A DNA stretch of 64,000 nucleotides, from contig AP024664.1 in NCBI GenBank assembly GCA_024346625.1, forward strand, positions 3,596,001-3,660,000, in the 5' to 3' direction. This stretch comes from Williopsis jadinii. Taxonomy: Eukaryota. The notes below the pieces were generated by a model that was given only the letters and a program-made list of their open reading frames with translations, made no database searches and was not told the DNA's origin. Positions within the stretch are counted from its first letter, which is position 1; each line of letters opens with the position of its first letter. Both the position numbers and the translations under genes were made by a program. Shown here in pieces: positions 22,726-34,797 of this stretch.

Positions 22726-24690
22726 ATGGCCATGGATCAGGTAAATCCTGCCGAAGACTTTGAGAAATGGATCCGTATGGCTACGGATAATGTAAGTGGA
22801 CCCCCCCCCCATCGTTTCTCCAACATTGGCATCGATGCTAACAACTTGTAGAAAATCAATGCGCAGAACTCATGGGACCTTGCGTTGATCGATTACTTCC
22901 ATGATCTGTCTGTCTTGAGAGATGGTGAAAGTATCAACTTTCAAAGAGCATCAGCAACACTAGACGGATGTGTCAAAATCTACTCTTCAAGGGTCGACTC
23001 AGCAGCCACTGAAACTGGACGTTTGATCAGTGGGCTGGCCACGAGGAAAAGGGATCAGCAGGAGGTAAATTTTGATGACAACTCTGAGGATGAAGCGTTG
23101 ACCAGTGCACACAGGCAGAAAGTCCACAAGTCTCATAACTCGAAGAACACTCTCTTGGAGTTCGATCAGATCAAAATCAAGAAGATGGATCTGGAGTTGT
23201 ACGGAGATCCGCTTTTTAAAAGAGCCCTCGCTGATTTTGACGAAGGTGGTTCTAAAAGTCTGTTGCTTAATATGCTAAATGTTGATAGCAGAGGGAAGAT
23301 CGTCTTTGATACTACTGATTCTGTCAAGCTTACAAATGACTACGACACTGCTGATAAGCCGGACGAATTGGAACCAACAGATGGTAAGATAATTGACGAC
23401 ATTAAGGCCCTATGTGAAAAACATTTAGCTGGTATATTCGCAGCATCTGTGACGATTTGTCCATCAGTTGGTCAGATACGCTGTGTTGTTGATCAGAAGA
23501 GTAGCTCTGGAGATTTACTAAAAGGGTTGGAGGATATTGAGCTTCCAGAAGCCCCAGATTACAATGTTGACCATCACCACACAACTTACCAAGACTTTGA
23601 GATATCATACGGTCAAACAGCAGAGCTCGAGCCGGAACAGAATAACGTCACTGGTGTGGATAAGTTTCCAGAAAACAGAACATCGATCTTTTTTGATGAG
23701 GGGGATAATGACTTTGATGACTATGGAATGAGTATGCAAATGTTGTTTGATGAGAGTAAATCCTATGCAAGAGAAGAAGATATAATGGAATTGGAGGATC
23801 CTATAATCAACATACCCGATGACGAGCTATTGGCATATTTTGATGATAATCATAGACGAAACTGGACTGGGCCGGAACACTGGAAAGTCAAGAAGATCAA
23901 GCAAGGCCTTCTCCGAACAGAAAGTACTACGCAACATGTGCCTCCAACAGATACAGTAAGGGCTAAACTCCATGCATTTACCATTGATTTTTTATCTGAT
24001 CATTCACCAGATCAAGAGAAGATGTTTGAAACGGCACAGGGGTCTTCGATTTGCATTCCAAAAGCCCGCTGGAGAAGTAAAGACAACAATGTACTTCCGG
24101 ATGATCGTAACTTCAAGACAAAAGATTTCATTACATTGTTTACAAAAGGCACCTTGCTCAATATGAAATTCAATCACGTACGAAACATTGATAATGCCAT
24201 TGACGAATCTTTGTACGCTGAGTGTACCCAGACGAAGAGCAGACCTACTGAGATCAACAACCCAGATTTTTATAACGATAATGATGCCGGTTTTGATGAT
24301 GACTATTTACAGGATGATGGACTGTCTGCGGTACCTCAAATACTGGCTAGGAATCAGACCTCACAGCCACTGAAGTACTCAAGAGTTTCCAAAAAGGTTG
24401 ATGTCAAACTTTTAAAGGACAATATGTGGAGCACCTTGAAGTCCGAGATCTTATCAAGTGCACCTATACCCGCTGAAACTGCCACTATATCTAAGACTCA
24501 AGAACTCAAGTTCAGTCAGGTTGTGTCAGATCTTGGTGACAAGTATGATTCAAACACGAAGAGGGACCTGTCAACGAGTTTCTGCTTCATCTGTCTGTTG
24601 CATCTGGCGAATGAAAATGCATTTACAATTACAGACAATGAAGACAACTCAGATCTGATCATCAGAGACTTTCCTACGCCTTCTACATGA
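22726..24690 (+). CDS. BRN1: Condensin kleisin subunit Brn1/Cnd2; exons 22726-22791 and 22852-24690
   Basis: A 60-nt intron (22792-22851; GTAAGT...GCTAAC...TAG) joins FEKWIRMATDN to KINAQNSWDLALIDYF. Also NFQRASATLDGCVKIYSSRVDS and FICLLHLANE. Confidence 0.95.
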
Positions 24691-24773
24691 CCAACATTAC
24701 AATACATGTACGAATGACAAATAAATAATCCATTAGTTTTCTAAAATATTCAAAGGGAATGTACGGAATATCT

Positions 24774-27107
24774 TCACCATTCTTGGGCAGTGACACCGTA
24801 TTTACTCTTCTTAGTACCCACGATTGGCTTGATGAGCTTAGAACCACCTTCCAAGAAGGAGAATTTATCCCTTCTCATAGACTCGTACTTCAAAATGTAC
24901 TCTTCCTTTTGGAGAGTCAGACCAATGTCATCAAGACCATTGACAAGACAATGCTTTCTGAATGGTTCAATGTCAAAGTGTTCAACAAGGACTTGACCCT
25001 CTGGACCCAAAATCTGTTGGTTTGGCAAGTCAATAGTGAGCTTTTCGCCCTTTTGAGCAAAGTCATACAACTTCTCTAAGATCACCTCCTGTGGAAGTCT
25101 AATAGGAAGCAAGAAGTTCTTAAAGGAGTTGTTGTAGAAAATATCACCGAATGATGGGGCAATAATAGATTTGATACCGAAATCCTTCAATGCCCAAGGA
25201 GCGTGTTCTCTAGAAGAACCACAACCGAAATTGTCACCAGTGACGAGCAAAATCTCAGCTTGTCTGTATGGCTCAACGTTCAAGACAAAGTCTGTCTCGA
25301 TATCCTTACCATCTGGCCCTTTGATGAAACGTGATTCGTAAAAGAGACCATCTCTCAAACCAGTACGCTTAATTGTTTTTAAGAACTGCTTTGGAATAAT
25401 GGCATCGGTATCAACGTTGGCTCTGTCGAGAGGGGCAGCAATAGACGTCAATGTAGTGAATGCGTTACTTGCTGAACCGGCAGCGCCAGCAACTGGTGTC
25501 TCATCAACAGTGTGATCAGAAGGTGGAACATCGGCAAGCTCATCTTGTTCAGCCTCTTCCGTAGTCTCACCAGGTTCAAGTGGTTTCTTGGTGTGCTCGT
25601 AAACAGCATCTTGAAGTGCCTTGTCCTCCTCTGCTTGTTGGACGGAAATCTTTGGTGAGTCTGGGTCTGAGTAAACAAATTCTCTGATATCAACAAAGTG
25701 GCCAGTAACACCGGCTGCAGCAGCCATAATTGGAGACATCAAGTGTGTACGAGAAAGAGCACCTTGACGACCTTCGAAGTTTCTGTTGGAGGTGGAAGCA
25801 CAACGCTCTTCTGGATCCAAGATATCTGGGTTCATACCAAGACACATTGAACAACCAGCCTCTCTCCATTCGAAACCAGCAGCTTTGAATATCTTATCAA
25901 GACCTTCCTTCTCAGCTTGTTTTTTCACAAGACCTGAGCCAGGAACAACGAGACAACGCTTCACATTTGGAGCTTTAGTCTTTCCCTTGACGACTCTGGC
26001 AGCAGCTCTCAAGTCTTCGATACGGGCGTTTGTACAAGATCCAATAAACACCTTGTCAATTGAAATCTCTGTCAATGGAGTGTTCGGTGTGAGACCCATG
26101 TATTTGAGGGCTCTTTCCATACCAGCCTTCTTGAGTGGGTCATCAACCTTTGATGGATCTGGGACACGGCCAGTAATTGGGAGAGCATCTTGAGGAGATG
26201 TACCCCAAGTGATGGTTGGAACAATGTCGGTGGACTTGATAACGATGTTTTGATCAAATTTAGCACCCTCATCGGTGTGAAGAGTTTTCCAGTACGCAAC
26301 AGCCTTTTCCCATTCATCACCCTTTGGAGCCAATGGACGGCCCTTGATGTAATCAAATGTGATTTGGTCAGGTTTGATCATACCGGCTCTTGCACCAGCT
26401 TCGATAGCCATGTTACAGATGGACATTCTTGCTTCCATGGACAAGTTCTCAATGGCCTTACCAGCAAACTCAATGACATGTCCGGTACCACCAGCGGTAC
26501 CGATCACACCAATAACGTGCAGCACTAAATCCTTAGATGTGATACCTGGGTTGAGATCACCATCGATGAAGATTCTCATGTTCTTGGACTTTGCTTGGAT
26601 GATGGTCTGTGTAGCAAGGACGTGCTCCACCTCGGAGGTACCAATACCAAAGGCCAATGCACCAAACGCACCGTGAGTAGCAGTGTGAGAGTCACCACAC
26701 ACAACCGTTGTACCAGGTAAGGTGAACCCTTGTTCTGGACCAACAATGTGCACAATACCTTGTCTCTCATCAGTCATACCAAAGAAGGTAACGTCAAAGT
26801 CCTTCACGTTCTGCTCCAGCGTTTGAACCTGAAGCAACGAATCCTGTTGCTTGATGAACGTCTCTGTGGACTTGAAGTTGGCTCTGGAGTCCGTTGGGAT
26901 GTTGTGATCAACTGTGGCCAAGGTACAATCTTTTCTTCTGACTTGTCTTCCAGCATTCTTCAACCCTTCAAAGGCTTGTGGGGATGTCACCTCGTGCACC
27001 AGGTGTCTGTCAATATACAGCAAGTTTGAGCCACTCTCGTCCTTGTAGACGATATGGTCTTCGAACACCTTATCGTAAAGGGTTCTTGGTTCTGTCGATG
27101 CCGTCAT
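24774..27107 (-). CDS. LEU1: 3-isopropylmalate dehydratase
   Basis: [55 protein letters not shown]; fused large and small subunits. Confidence 0.98.
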   Translation of the reverse strand: MTASTEPRTLYDKVFEDHIVYKDESGSNLLYIDRHLVHEVTSPQAFEGLKNAGRQVRRKDCTLATVDHNIPTDSRANFKSTETFIKQQDSLLQVQTLEQNVKDFDVTFFGMTDERQGIVHIVGPEQGFTLPGTTVVCGDSHTATHGAFGALAFGIGTSEVEHVLATQTIIQAKSKNMRIFIDGDLNPGITSKDLVLHVIGVIGTAGGTGHVIEFAGKAIENLSMEARMSICNMAIEAGARAGMIKPDQITFDYIKGRPLAPKGDEWEKAVAYWKTLHTDEGAKFDQNIVIKSTDIVPTITWGTSPQDALPITGRVPDPSKVDDPLKKAGMERALKYMGLTPNTPLTEISIDKVFIGSCTNARIEDLRAAARVVKGKTKAPNVKRCLVVPGSGLVKKQAEKEGLDKIFKAAGFEWREAGCSMCLGMNPDILDPEERCASTSNRNFEGRQGALSRTHLMSPIMAAAAGVTGHFVDIREFVYSDPDSPKISVQQAEEDKALQDAVYEHTKKPLEPGETTEEAEQDELADVPPSDHTVDETPVAGAAGSASNAFTTLTSIAAPLDRANVDTDAIIPKQFLKTIKRTGLRDGLFYESRFIKGPDGKDIETDFVLNVEPYRQAEILLVTGDNFGCGSSREHAPWALKDFGIKSIIAPSFGDIFYNNSFKNFLLPIRLPQEVILEKLYDFAQKGEKLTIDLPNQQILGPEGQVLVEHFDIEPFRKHCLVNGLDDIGLTLQKEEYILKYESMRRDKFSFLEGGSKLIKPIVGTKKSKYGVTAQEW

Positions 27108-27218
27108 GGTTGATTAAAACAATCTTTTCTACCTTGAATGGTGTTCCCAAGAGGTGGGAAGAAGTGGAAGCGGTGAGGAATTGAAAGCTTTTTTTATGCG
27201 AGCGGCAATGGCCATGCG

Positions 27219-27504
27219 ATGATTCATCGATGCGCCGCTTTCCGGCCCGGTCACCGGCGAAACGCCCAGCGGACCAATCAGAGACAGCGTGAACATAATA
27301 CACTGATCACGGTGCTCAGCGAGGGTTGCCTAGGCAGTGTCAATGGTGGCCATCAGCGCTGGAAGTTCAATTGAGCCTCTGCTCTGTATGTGGCGTAGCT
27401 GGCATAGCTGGCGTTCACACACGGTATTGTTGTGTATCGACACCGCCAATGAACTGGTGTGTATATCGAGTGGTGATGCCATAATCGTCGCAGAGCGGTA
27501 CCGG
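27219..27504. promoter_or_regulatory. LEU1 upstream elements: Gcn4-like TGATTCAT (~27220), CCGG-rich cluster (27242-27257), Leu3-like GCGGTACCGG (27495-27504)
   Basis: The Leu3-like site has one mismatch to the consensus CCGGTACCGG; all sites lie upstream of LEU1. Confidence 0.45.
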
Positions 27505-27984
27505 AGAAGGCCCATGAGCTAAAAAGGGAGCTTCCTGGTGCAGTGTGCGCGGACCAGTGTGGGCGGACCAGTGGGGCCAAGTACGCCGCGGAGGATCATC
27601 TTGGCCAGCCTGGCGAGGAATCACAGGCGGATTACGTCATATGGAGCTACAGTTGGACTGGAGGAGTTCATGACTGTCTCCTATGGCAATGTTGGCACGA
27701 GAGAAAGGGAAGGTCCTGAGATATGGAGGAGTGGAAAGAGTAACTACATGTGAGTTTGTACTATAACGAACGGGATTATATGATAAGGAAGTTAAGTAAT
27801 CAGGTTATAGTTAATCAGAGCGTCAGTTTACCTTAAAAGGTACGCAAGCTCAGTATCAGCCTCGAATTCGGCATCCAGGTATAGGAGTCAGGAAAGAATA
27901 AGCCAAGGTATAATAATAGGAGTTCAGAGCTAGGAGTTTTGAAGATTATTATATTTGGCATTGTGCAGAAGAAGAGGTTTCAGT

Positions 27985-28084
27985 TGGTAGCGTCTCGGAG
28001 TGGTATAGCGTCTCGGAGTGGTAGCGTCTCAGAGTGGTAGCGTCTCGGAGTGGTATAGCGTCTCAGAGTGGTAGCGTCTCAGAG
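27985..28084 (+). repeat. Minisatellite of six 16-18-bp units TGGTA(TA)GCGTCTC(G/A)GAG, arranged as a 50-bp higher-order unit repeated twice
   Basis: Read directly; unit lengths are 16, 18, 16, 16, 18, 16. Confidence 0.9.
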
Positions 28085-28985
28085 GTTGGTGTGCAGAGCG
28101 AGAAGCCTCGCCATGGCGGCGTCTCGAAATGGTCGTCTCAGAAGATTCAGGAATACTGAGGTCATCTCTGGTGTTCACAGAGCCCGGCAGAGAAGAGCAA
28201 GATGGGACCAGAAACTAGGACTCCATAGCCACCAGACCTGACAAGCTCGCCAAAGGAAGAACGCAGATGGAAAGAACCAAGGAGAAAGAACCAAGCGTCA
28301 TTCGTACGGCAAGCTAGACCATTTCAAACAAATCTTCCCACACGTACGGAAAGATAGTGCAAGAAGATATGTGGATTCTTAAAAGAGGAAATCAAGTTCC
28401 TCAGCTCCGCCATATCAGCGACTTGGACCGCAACTGATAATGGCAAAGTCAACTTACTGAGACGCCTCCGTCGTGTGAGATTTCCCGCCCTGCACACAGT
28501 CAAGATACAGTGCAGAGGGCAGGGCCGGAAATCAGGACTTGTCCCTCCTTTTATATTCTTTTTCCACAATATCCTTTTACATGTAGCTAAATAATTTATG
28601 TGAGACATGTATGGGTTACTCCATTTTGCATTTGAGGCATTTATGGATACCGCAACGTGTTATTGGCTGACCCATAGACCATGCTTCCCCCCGTTTTCCT
28701 AGCTTTGCTGATCTTATCAGTGTAATCTGTGTAGTTAATATGGATGAGCAAAAATCGGGGGAGGGATAATTAAAGCAAGTTGATCTTAAAGAAACGCAAG
28801 CTCAGTATAGACCTTGGGCCCAGAACTTAGGTATAGGGGTTAGGAAATAATAAGCCAAGGGATGGTAATAGGAGTTCTGAAGGTTGCTATATTCGGTATT
28901 GTACGGAGGAAGAAATCTCACAAGCCTGTGAGGTATCCGAACCAGTCATAGATCGGGTTATGTCAGCATGCATAGTCGAATCCAT

Positions 28986-29076
28986 GTTACAGAAGAGAAG
29001 AGCCAGTAAGAGCAGAGGAGTTACAGCGATGGACTGTAACAGAAGAAAAGAGCCAGTAAGAGCAGAGGAGTTACAG
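28986..29076 (+). repeat. Near-perfect direct repeat containing AAAGAGCCAGTAAGAGCAGAGGAGTTACAG, two copies
   Basis: Read directly from the sequence. Confidence 0.8.
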
Positions 29077-29363
29077 GAATCGACTGGATCCAAAGAAAGA
29101 CTGAGGAAATGCTAGAAAAACGCATTAAAGGGAAGAATCCTGTGAAGCAGAGTCTTCGAGGAGGAAGTTAAAAGGATTAAGCAATTAATAGAAGCTCAAG
29201 TTTACCTCAAAGAAAATGTAATCTCAGTGTAAACCTCAGACCCAGGACTTAGGTATAGCAGTCAGGAACGAAGAAGCCAAAGCATAGGAGTTCAGGACAG
29301 AAGTTCTAAATATTGATACATTTGGTATCCGACAGAGGCAGAAATTTTACAAGCCGTGAATAC

Positions 29364-29435
29364 GCCGTTATAGTATAGTGGTTAGTACAGGTCGTTGTGG
29401 CCGACCAGACCCAGGTTCGATTCCAGGTAACGGCA
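29364..29435 (+). tRNA. tRNA-His (GTG)
   Basis: Acceptor stem GCCGTTA/TAACGGC, D arm AGTATAGTGGTTAGTAC, anticodon arm GGTCG-TTGTGGC-CGACC, GGTTCGATTCC B box, followed by a poly-T terminator. Confidence 0.96.
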
Positions 29436-30057
29436 CGTTTTTTTTGCAGATCTCATTTTCCCTCTCGACAAGAGGCAACCATCACCACGTCATCATGGTA
29501 ATACTACCAATTGAATGTACCACTCATGACGATAGAAGCGTTACGCATACCCCGTTCCCGTTAGCTATTAGCAAATATCGATTTAGTCTACAAGCACGCC
29601 CTACCTCACTACGACGTGCACGTCATCCTCCACCAGCACGATCGGGCAAGCTTGACGGACAACGCTTCGAGCTCGGCTTCGGCAATTCTCGAGTATCACT
29701 CTCACGACGAGAAGTGATGGCGTAGTCGATGTCGATCCGTCCAATTGGTGGCTTCAAGTTCAACAATTCTCAACGACCATCACCCAATTGTGCTAATCAG
29801 GTGGTGAGCTCTCAACCTTTTCAACAAGTGCACAACCTACAAACTCAACGACCCAACCGTTATTTGCGTCGTTAAATCCGGCAGAGCGCCGGTATCACCG
29901 CAACCCCCGATCCCGATGTTATAAGTTCCGATTTACGCCACTAGCCTCTTCCTCTCCTTTGAGCTGAAGCCTTGTACAAGACACAGCGAAGGGACAGTGA
30001 GGTGTGATCGCGTTTAGATAGAGGTTGATAGAGGACGATCATACAGTTATAGACGAG

Positions 30058-31260
30058 ATGGACACGCTGGTGAATTACGGGTTCATGGATTCCTTCCGCC
30101 ACTGGTGGGGCAAGAACAGGCTTGCCGATGCCGAATACGACGTGCTGAGCTCGTCGCTACCGTTCTACCCTGAGACCGACGGTACACGCGTTGCCAAAGT
30201 GGTTGACGTGCCCATTGGAGATGAGAAGTTCATCCACGAGTTTAACGTGAAGAACGTTGTTGCCGGTGAGGAGGAGAAGCACGTTGTGCTTGTGCATGGC
30301 TACGGAGCTGCACTGGGGCTGTTCTACAAGAACTTCAACGGACTGTCTCAGAGGTCCAATGTCAACATCCATGCTCTAGACATGTTGGGCTATGGGCTGT
30401 CATCAAGACCTCCGTTGCCCAAATTCAACGGCAACAGTTTGGAGGATGTTAAACAAGTTGAAGATTTCTTCCTGGATTCCATGGAGAAATGGCGTGAAGA
30501 GAGAAACATTGAGAGTTTCCATCTCATTGGCCACTCGTTTGGTGGTTATTTATCTGCGCTGTACGCGTTGAAATATCCGACACGAGTCGATAAGTTGGTG
30601 CTTGTGAGCCCCGTTGGTGTTGAGAGAAGCGTCTATGATCTCTCCATACCAGAGGCGGAACGCCAGAAGGCACACGTCGAAGGCCCCGACGTTGAGCGAG
30701 AAGTTGGCTCTCATTACCGTGACACTGACGAGCACATCAAATCGTCGTCCGTACACGTGCCAGATGAGAACGGATACGTCTCACGCGTGCCAAATCTACC
30801 CAAACACATCACATACCTCTGGGAACACAACATGTCACCTTTCAGCATCCTCAGAGTGCTAGGACCATGGGGCCCAAATGTCACCAAGAAATGGTCCTTT
30901 AGAAGATTTGGAGGCACCGGCGACGCTGACATGACCATGAAGCTCCACGTCTACTGCTACAACACCTTTGTAGCCAAGGCCTCTGGCGAATACGCCCTGA
31001 CAAGGGTCCTGGGACCCGGTGCGCTCGCACGATACCCGTTGCTAAACCGTGTTCCAAAGCACCTGACACAGGAATCGCTTTGGCTCTACGGCGACGTCGA
31101 CTGGATGTCCAAAGAGGCTGGTAAGACAATAACAGATGAGATCAACACACACGGCAAGGCACATGCGCACTACGATATTGTCTCGCACGCAGGCCACCAC
31201 TTATACCTCGACAACCCCACGGAGTTTGATTCAAAGGTGTACAGCTTCTTCGGATGGTGA
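30058..31260 (+). CDS. Alpha/beta hydrolase-acyltransferase of the ABHD4/5 family (Ict1/Ecm18/Cld1-like)
   Basis: LVHGYGA, DMLGYGLSSRP, GHSFGG nucleophile elbow, C-terminal HHLYLDNP (HX4D). Confidence 0.9.
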   Translation: MDTLVNYGFMDSFRHWWGKNRLADAEYDVLSSSLPFYPETDGTRVAKVVDVPIGDEKFIHEFNVKNVVAGEEEKHVVLVHGYGAALGLFYKNFNGLSQRSNVNIHALDMLGYGLSSRPPLPKFNGNSLEDVKQVEDFFLDSMEKWREERNIESFHLIGHSFGGYLSALYALKYPTRVDKLVLVSPVGVERSVYDLSIPEAERQKAHVEGPDVEREVGSHYRDTDEHIKSSSVHVPDENGYVSRVPNLPKHITYLWEHNMSPFSILRVLGPWGPNVTKKWSFRRFGGTGDADMTMKLHVYCYNTFVAKASGEYALTRVLGPGALARYPLLNRVPKHLTQESLWLYGDVDWMSKEAGKTITDEINTHGKAHAHYDIVSHAGHHLYLDNPTEFDSKVYSFFGW

Positions 31261-31808
31261 ACTCTTTTTCCCATACATACATCAACAAATCAACGAAGCC
31301 ATTCCCCCTGTAGATCAGCACATTCGTGGCATCCTTCTAGAACGCTGTAAAAGCCTCGTAACAACTACAGCAGGCATTAATTAGCGGAAGATTGGCATCG
31401 GTCCAACGACGACGCCACGCGATGCAAGTGAAATTTCATCTGAATTGGGAAAAAGTGCAAATTCTGGTGGGAAAGCCCAGTTTTCATACACCAGCAACTT
31501 ATACTGGGAAAAGGAGAGAAAGCCTGGCTAGCAAGCTGGTTTATATATACATCGAGCTCGGGACATACGAGCAGGTGCTTTCAATTGGTGTTCATCAAGC
31601 TGGTAGGTCGTAGCAGTGAGAAGAAGCGAGAAAGAGAGAGAAGCTGTTTCTTCCATACATTTCTAGATTTTTCACAGCTGGGGGGCCCTGGCAACGATTT
31701 CCCCCTATTGAAGCAGTGGCCATCATTTACCCTAGGCGGGCTCTCCATTGAGACAGTCTAACCCATTGGCCGGCACTGTACGTACACACTGGTCACCACA
31801 CAGCTGCG

Positions 31809-33221
31809 ATGCTCGAACCGTCGGTGCGACTGCGCCAGGCCATCGTTGACGGTAACCTGCTGGTTGTGAAGAGGTTGCTGAAGCGGTTCCCGGATATGTT
31901 GGAAAACGTGGATTCTGAGAACGGATGGTCATCATTGCACTACGCTTCGTATCATGGAAGATACCTCATATGTGTGCATCTCATATCTCTGGGACACGAT
32001 AAGAAGGAGGTGCTGCGCAGTTTTAAGGGCAATACCAGCGTGCACCTCGCCTTGAAGAACGGCCATGAACAGACAACACATTTACTACTACAGCATTTCC
32101 CCAAGTTGCTGGATATCCCTGGAGAAGAGGGGCACACGCCATTGCAAGTGAGTGTTATCAAGGACTACTTCAAATGTGTTGAGATGCTGCTGGCTATGGG
32201 CGCTAAGATCCAGGTTGTGGATGACGAGGGAAACAACGCGCTCCATCTGGCAATGAAGTACGGGGCTGTTCACTGCATCAGATTGCTGGTACAATATGGT
32301 GCTGACACCAAGCTGAAGAACAGGCATGGCCTCAGGCCTGTGGATATGGCGGCGAGCTTCCAGGTGGAGAAGTACTTGCGAGATGTGTTGAGCGATTCCC
32401 ATTCGAGCGATAGTAATGATGATGCAGTTTCAATAACCCTTGGTGAATCGCCACTTATGCAACAGCAACAACCGGCACATCGTGTACATTCGAACTCATT
32501 GCCACCGTTACCTTCTGTCACCACTGCGCGTCGTTCCAGTGTAACCTCAACATCAACGGCGACGAAATCACCGGTACCGCGTAGTGCGATATCTCTTGCA
32601 TTTAACGGCTCAAATACGTTGTCGTATGTCTATTCACCACAGCATGGGCCATCTCCAAACAGTTCGAAATCACCATCTGCCGGGCTATCGCTCTCTATCA
32701 AGCCACCCACCGGTGGTGTGACGCAGGCGTCACCAGTATTGTACTCCCCAAGTAACCTCACAATTCCAGTGGGAATCAACCCAATAAGAGAGGAATCAGT
32801 GCACCTGAAGAACGCTCACTCACTGTCGTCTTTCCCATCCATGACGTCTATTTCCTCTGTAGGAGGCAGTGGAGGAACATGTACCACACCTTCTGAGCTG
32901 ACCAGAAGACGAACCAATTCACAACAGATTCAGACAACAACAAATAGCATTTCATTCCAAAGGATATCCAAGACACGCTCCAATTCTAGTGGCAGTCGAT
33001 CAACAAACACAACGTCATCTACGAACGGTATCGCAAAGAATTACACTGAAGATAAGAACAACACCTCTGCTGAGTCATCTGTCATCAATCTTAGCCGTAC
33101 TTCAACAGTCCAATCTGATGTTGTTGAACAGACTGTGAATACATTGCCCACTATCCATCAAGCAGGGAGACGGACGCCAATTCTCAATTTGCCGATCATT
33201 GGAAGGGTGCGGAGAGATTGA
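31809..33221 (+). CDS. AVO2: TORC2 subunit Avo2 (ankyrin repeats plus Ser-rich tail)
   Basis: MLEPSVRLRQAIVDGNLLVVKRLL, NGWSSLHYASYHGRYLICV, GHEQTTHLLLQ. Confidence 0.9.
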   Translation: MLEPSVRLRQAIVDGNLLVVKRLLKRFPDMLENVDSENGWSSLHYASYHGRYLICVHLISLGHDKKEVLRSFKGNTSVHLALKNGHEQTTHLLLQHFPKLLDIPGEEGHTPLQVSVIKDYFKCVEMLLAMGAKIQVVDDEGNNALHLAMKYGAVHCIRLLVQYGADTKLKNRHGLRPVDMAASFQVEKYLRDVLSDSHSSDSNDDAVSITLGESPLMQQQQPAHRVHSNSLPPLPSVTTARRSSVTSTSTATKSPVPRSAISLAFNGSNTLSYVYSPQHGPSPNSSKSPSAGLSLSIKPPTGGVTQASPVLYSPSNLTIPVGINPIREESVHLKNAHSLSSFPSMTSISSVGGSGGTCTTPSELTRRRTNSQQIQTTTNSISFQRISKTRSNSSGSRSTNTTSSTNGIAKNYTEDKNNTSAESSVINLSRTSTVQSDVVEQTVNTLPTIHQAGRRTPILNLPIIGRVRRD

Positions 33222-33700
33222 AAGGAGAAGAGACGGTAGTTTGGTATGAAGGATCGTCTATATGCGGCTGGTGCTGAAAGCAGAGTATCTCCCATCACTG
33301 ACAGCTCACAGCTCACAGCTCACAATCTGTTCTAGAGCTGTAACGTCTGGATGTACTTGTACACACGTACACGCTTTATCATATTATAAGGTTGTAACCC
33401 ATGTTGGTGTATTAAGATCGGAGTAGTTCCATTAAGTTGAGGGGACAAGACGTTAGATGATACCTCCCAGATATTGACTTCCCAACAATACAGCTATGTT
33501 TATTTCACTCCTTAGGATGCACATGTGATGGTGATACAACCACCAGCATGTCGTCTAACTAACCTACTTCTCTTGCTCTCGTTGGAAAGCCTGCAATCTT
33601 CTTCTTGACAACAGCATATGGTGAAGAATGTGTACGCCTCCCCGTTTCTGGCATGGCTCTCTCTTTAGTATACCACACCTGCTGTAGTCCATATAATGGA

Positions 33701-33768
33701 GCTAATGTCATCTGATAGCCAATCTCATCTGAGAGCCAATGTCATCTGAGGGCCAATGTCATCTGACA
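33701..33768 (+). repeat. Tandem 17-bp repeat, four copies (GCCAATGTCATCTGAnn)
   Basis: Read directly from the sequence. Confidence 0.9.
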
Positions 33769-34797
33769 ACCTAAAGTGGTTACGCCCCAGGCTCTGGCAT
33801 AGTCACTCATGGTGCCTCAGAATTGAAAGTCCTTCCAAGATTGACCTTTTCAAACCAGCTAGAACACTAGCTACGAAGAGCCGTTTCCTCTCCCTTTAAA
33901 ATACATACTAAGCTCACAATAGGCTAAAACATCAACTTCATCTCACCAGTACTTGTGTTGGAAATCATTGTGTAGATCGTCTCATCTTGCTCAAGACTCG
34001 CTCTCGAACAGCTGCTTCAAGTGCGCTGTAGCTTATAATTTTCCAGTACTCTCACCTACTGGAAGAAACAGGCAGTGCGGAATTTCATTTAGCCGTGATG
34101 ATGTCATAGGACAGCGCAAATCAAGCGAACAGTCCTCGTAGTTGAAGGTCAAGCGACAAGGCTCGCACTGGAATCACGCCGGCAAGATCGTAGTAGTGGT
34201 GAGCCCTTGGTTGATAGGCTCAACTGTTGGAGAATTGTTGTGGAGCCATTCACTTTACCTGGATGTTTCTCCGACAGTTGGTTGGAATGATGATAGGCAC
34301 ATAGCTGGACTGAAATGAATACTGGTTTGGATGGTTGTTTTCTTTAATGAAATAACTACCTTAGCAAGACCACCTCACAGATGGTAAAAGGAGGGCGTGG
34401 TATGAGGCATTGACTGTGTTTTTCCAATGTGAAACCAAAGGTACAACACTGGAACGACTGTATTGTTTAAGGCCCCTTTGCCATACACTTTGACAGTGTT
34501 TGATGCAACCCATAATGCACTGTCTTGCAGAAAAACATGGGGTGCGCTAAGAATGTCTGTTCATTCGAAGGAAGGATGGTGCTACAAAAGGGAAACAGAC
34601 AACTGGGGTGATTGACTCTCCTGTGTTATTCGCCAGCGTCTTTCCATTGGCAGAGGGTTACATTTGCAGGTGGTCATCTGCTGGAGTAAGCTCCGGGAAG
34701 GGTGTGTATAACTGCGTATATAAAGATGTGAATGCATCCGCAGTACTTCAATGTCTCCAAAATGAATACACAGCACCACACGCTCTGTCCTTGAAAC

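Larger units (their letters stand above)
27786..29351. mobile_element. Cluster of three diverged ~150-190-bp repeats (27786-27976, 28776-28926, 29162-29355), probable solo-LTR remnants 5' of tRNA-His
   Basis: Shared blocks such as CTCAGTAT, (T)AGGTATAG, AAGCCAA and ATAGGAGTTC. TGTGAGA (28599) and TCTCACA (ending 28922) form TG...CA inverted termini. Confidence 0.55.

Noticed and set aside
26990..27010. Alternative CUG-Ser/Ala genetic code
   Set aside because: CTG occupies the invariant Leu of the LEU1 DRHLVHE motif, consistent with the standard code.
27985..28084. CRISPR-like array
   Set aside because: Eukaryotic DNA; the repeats are head-to-tail with no unique spacers.
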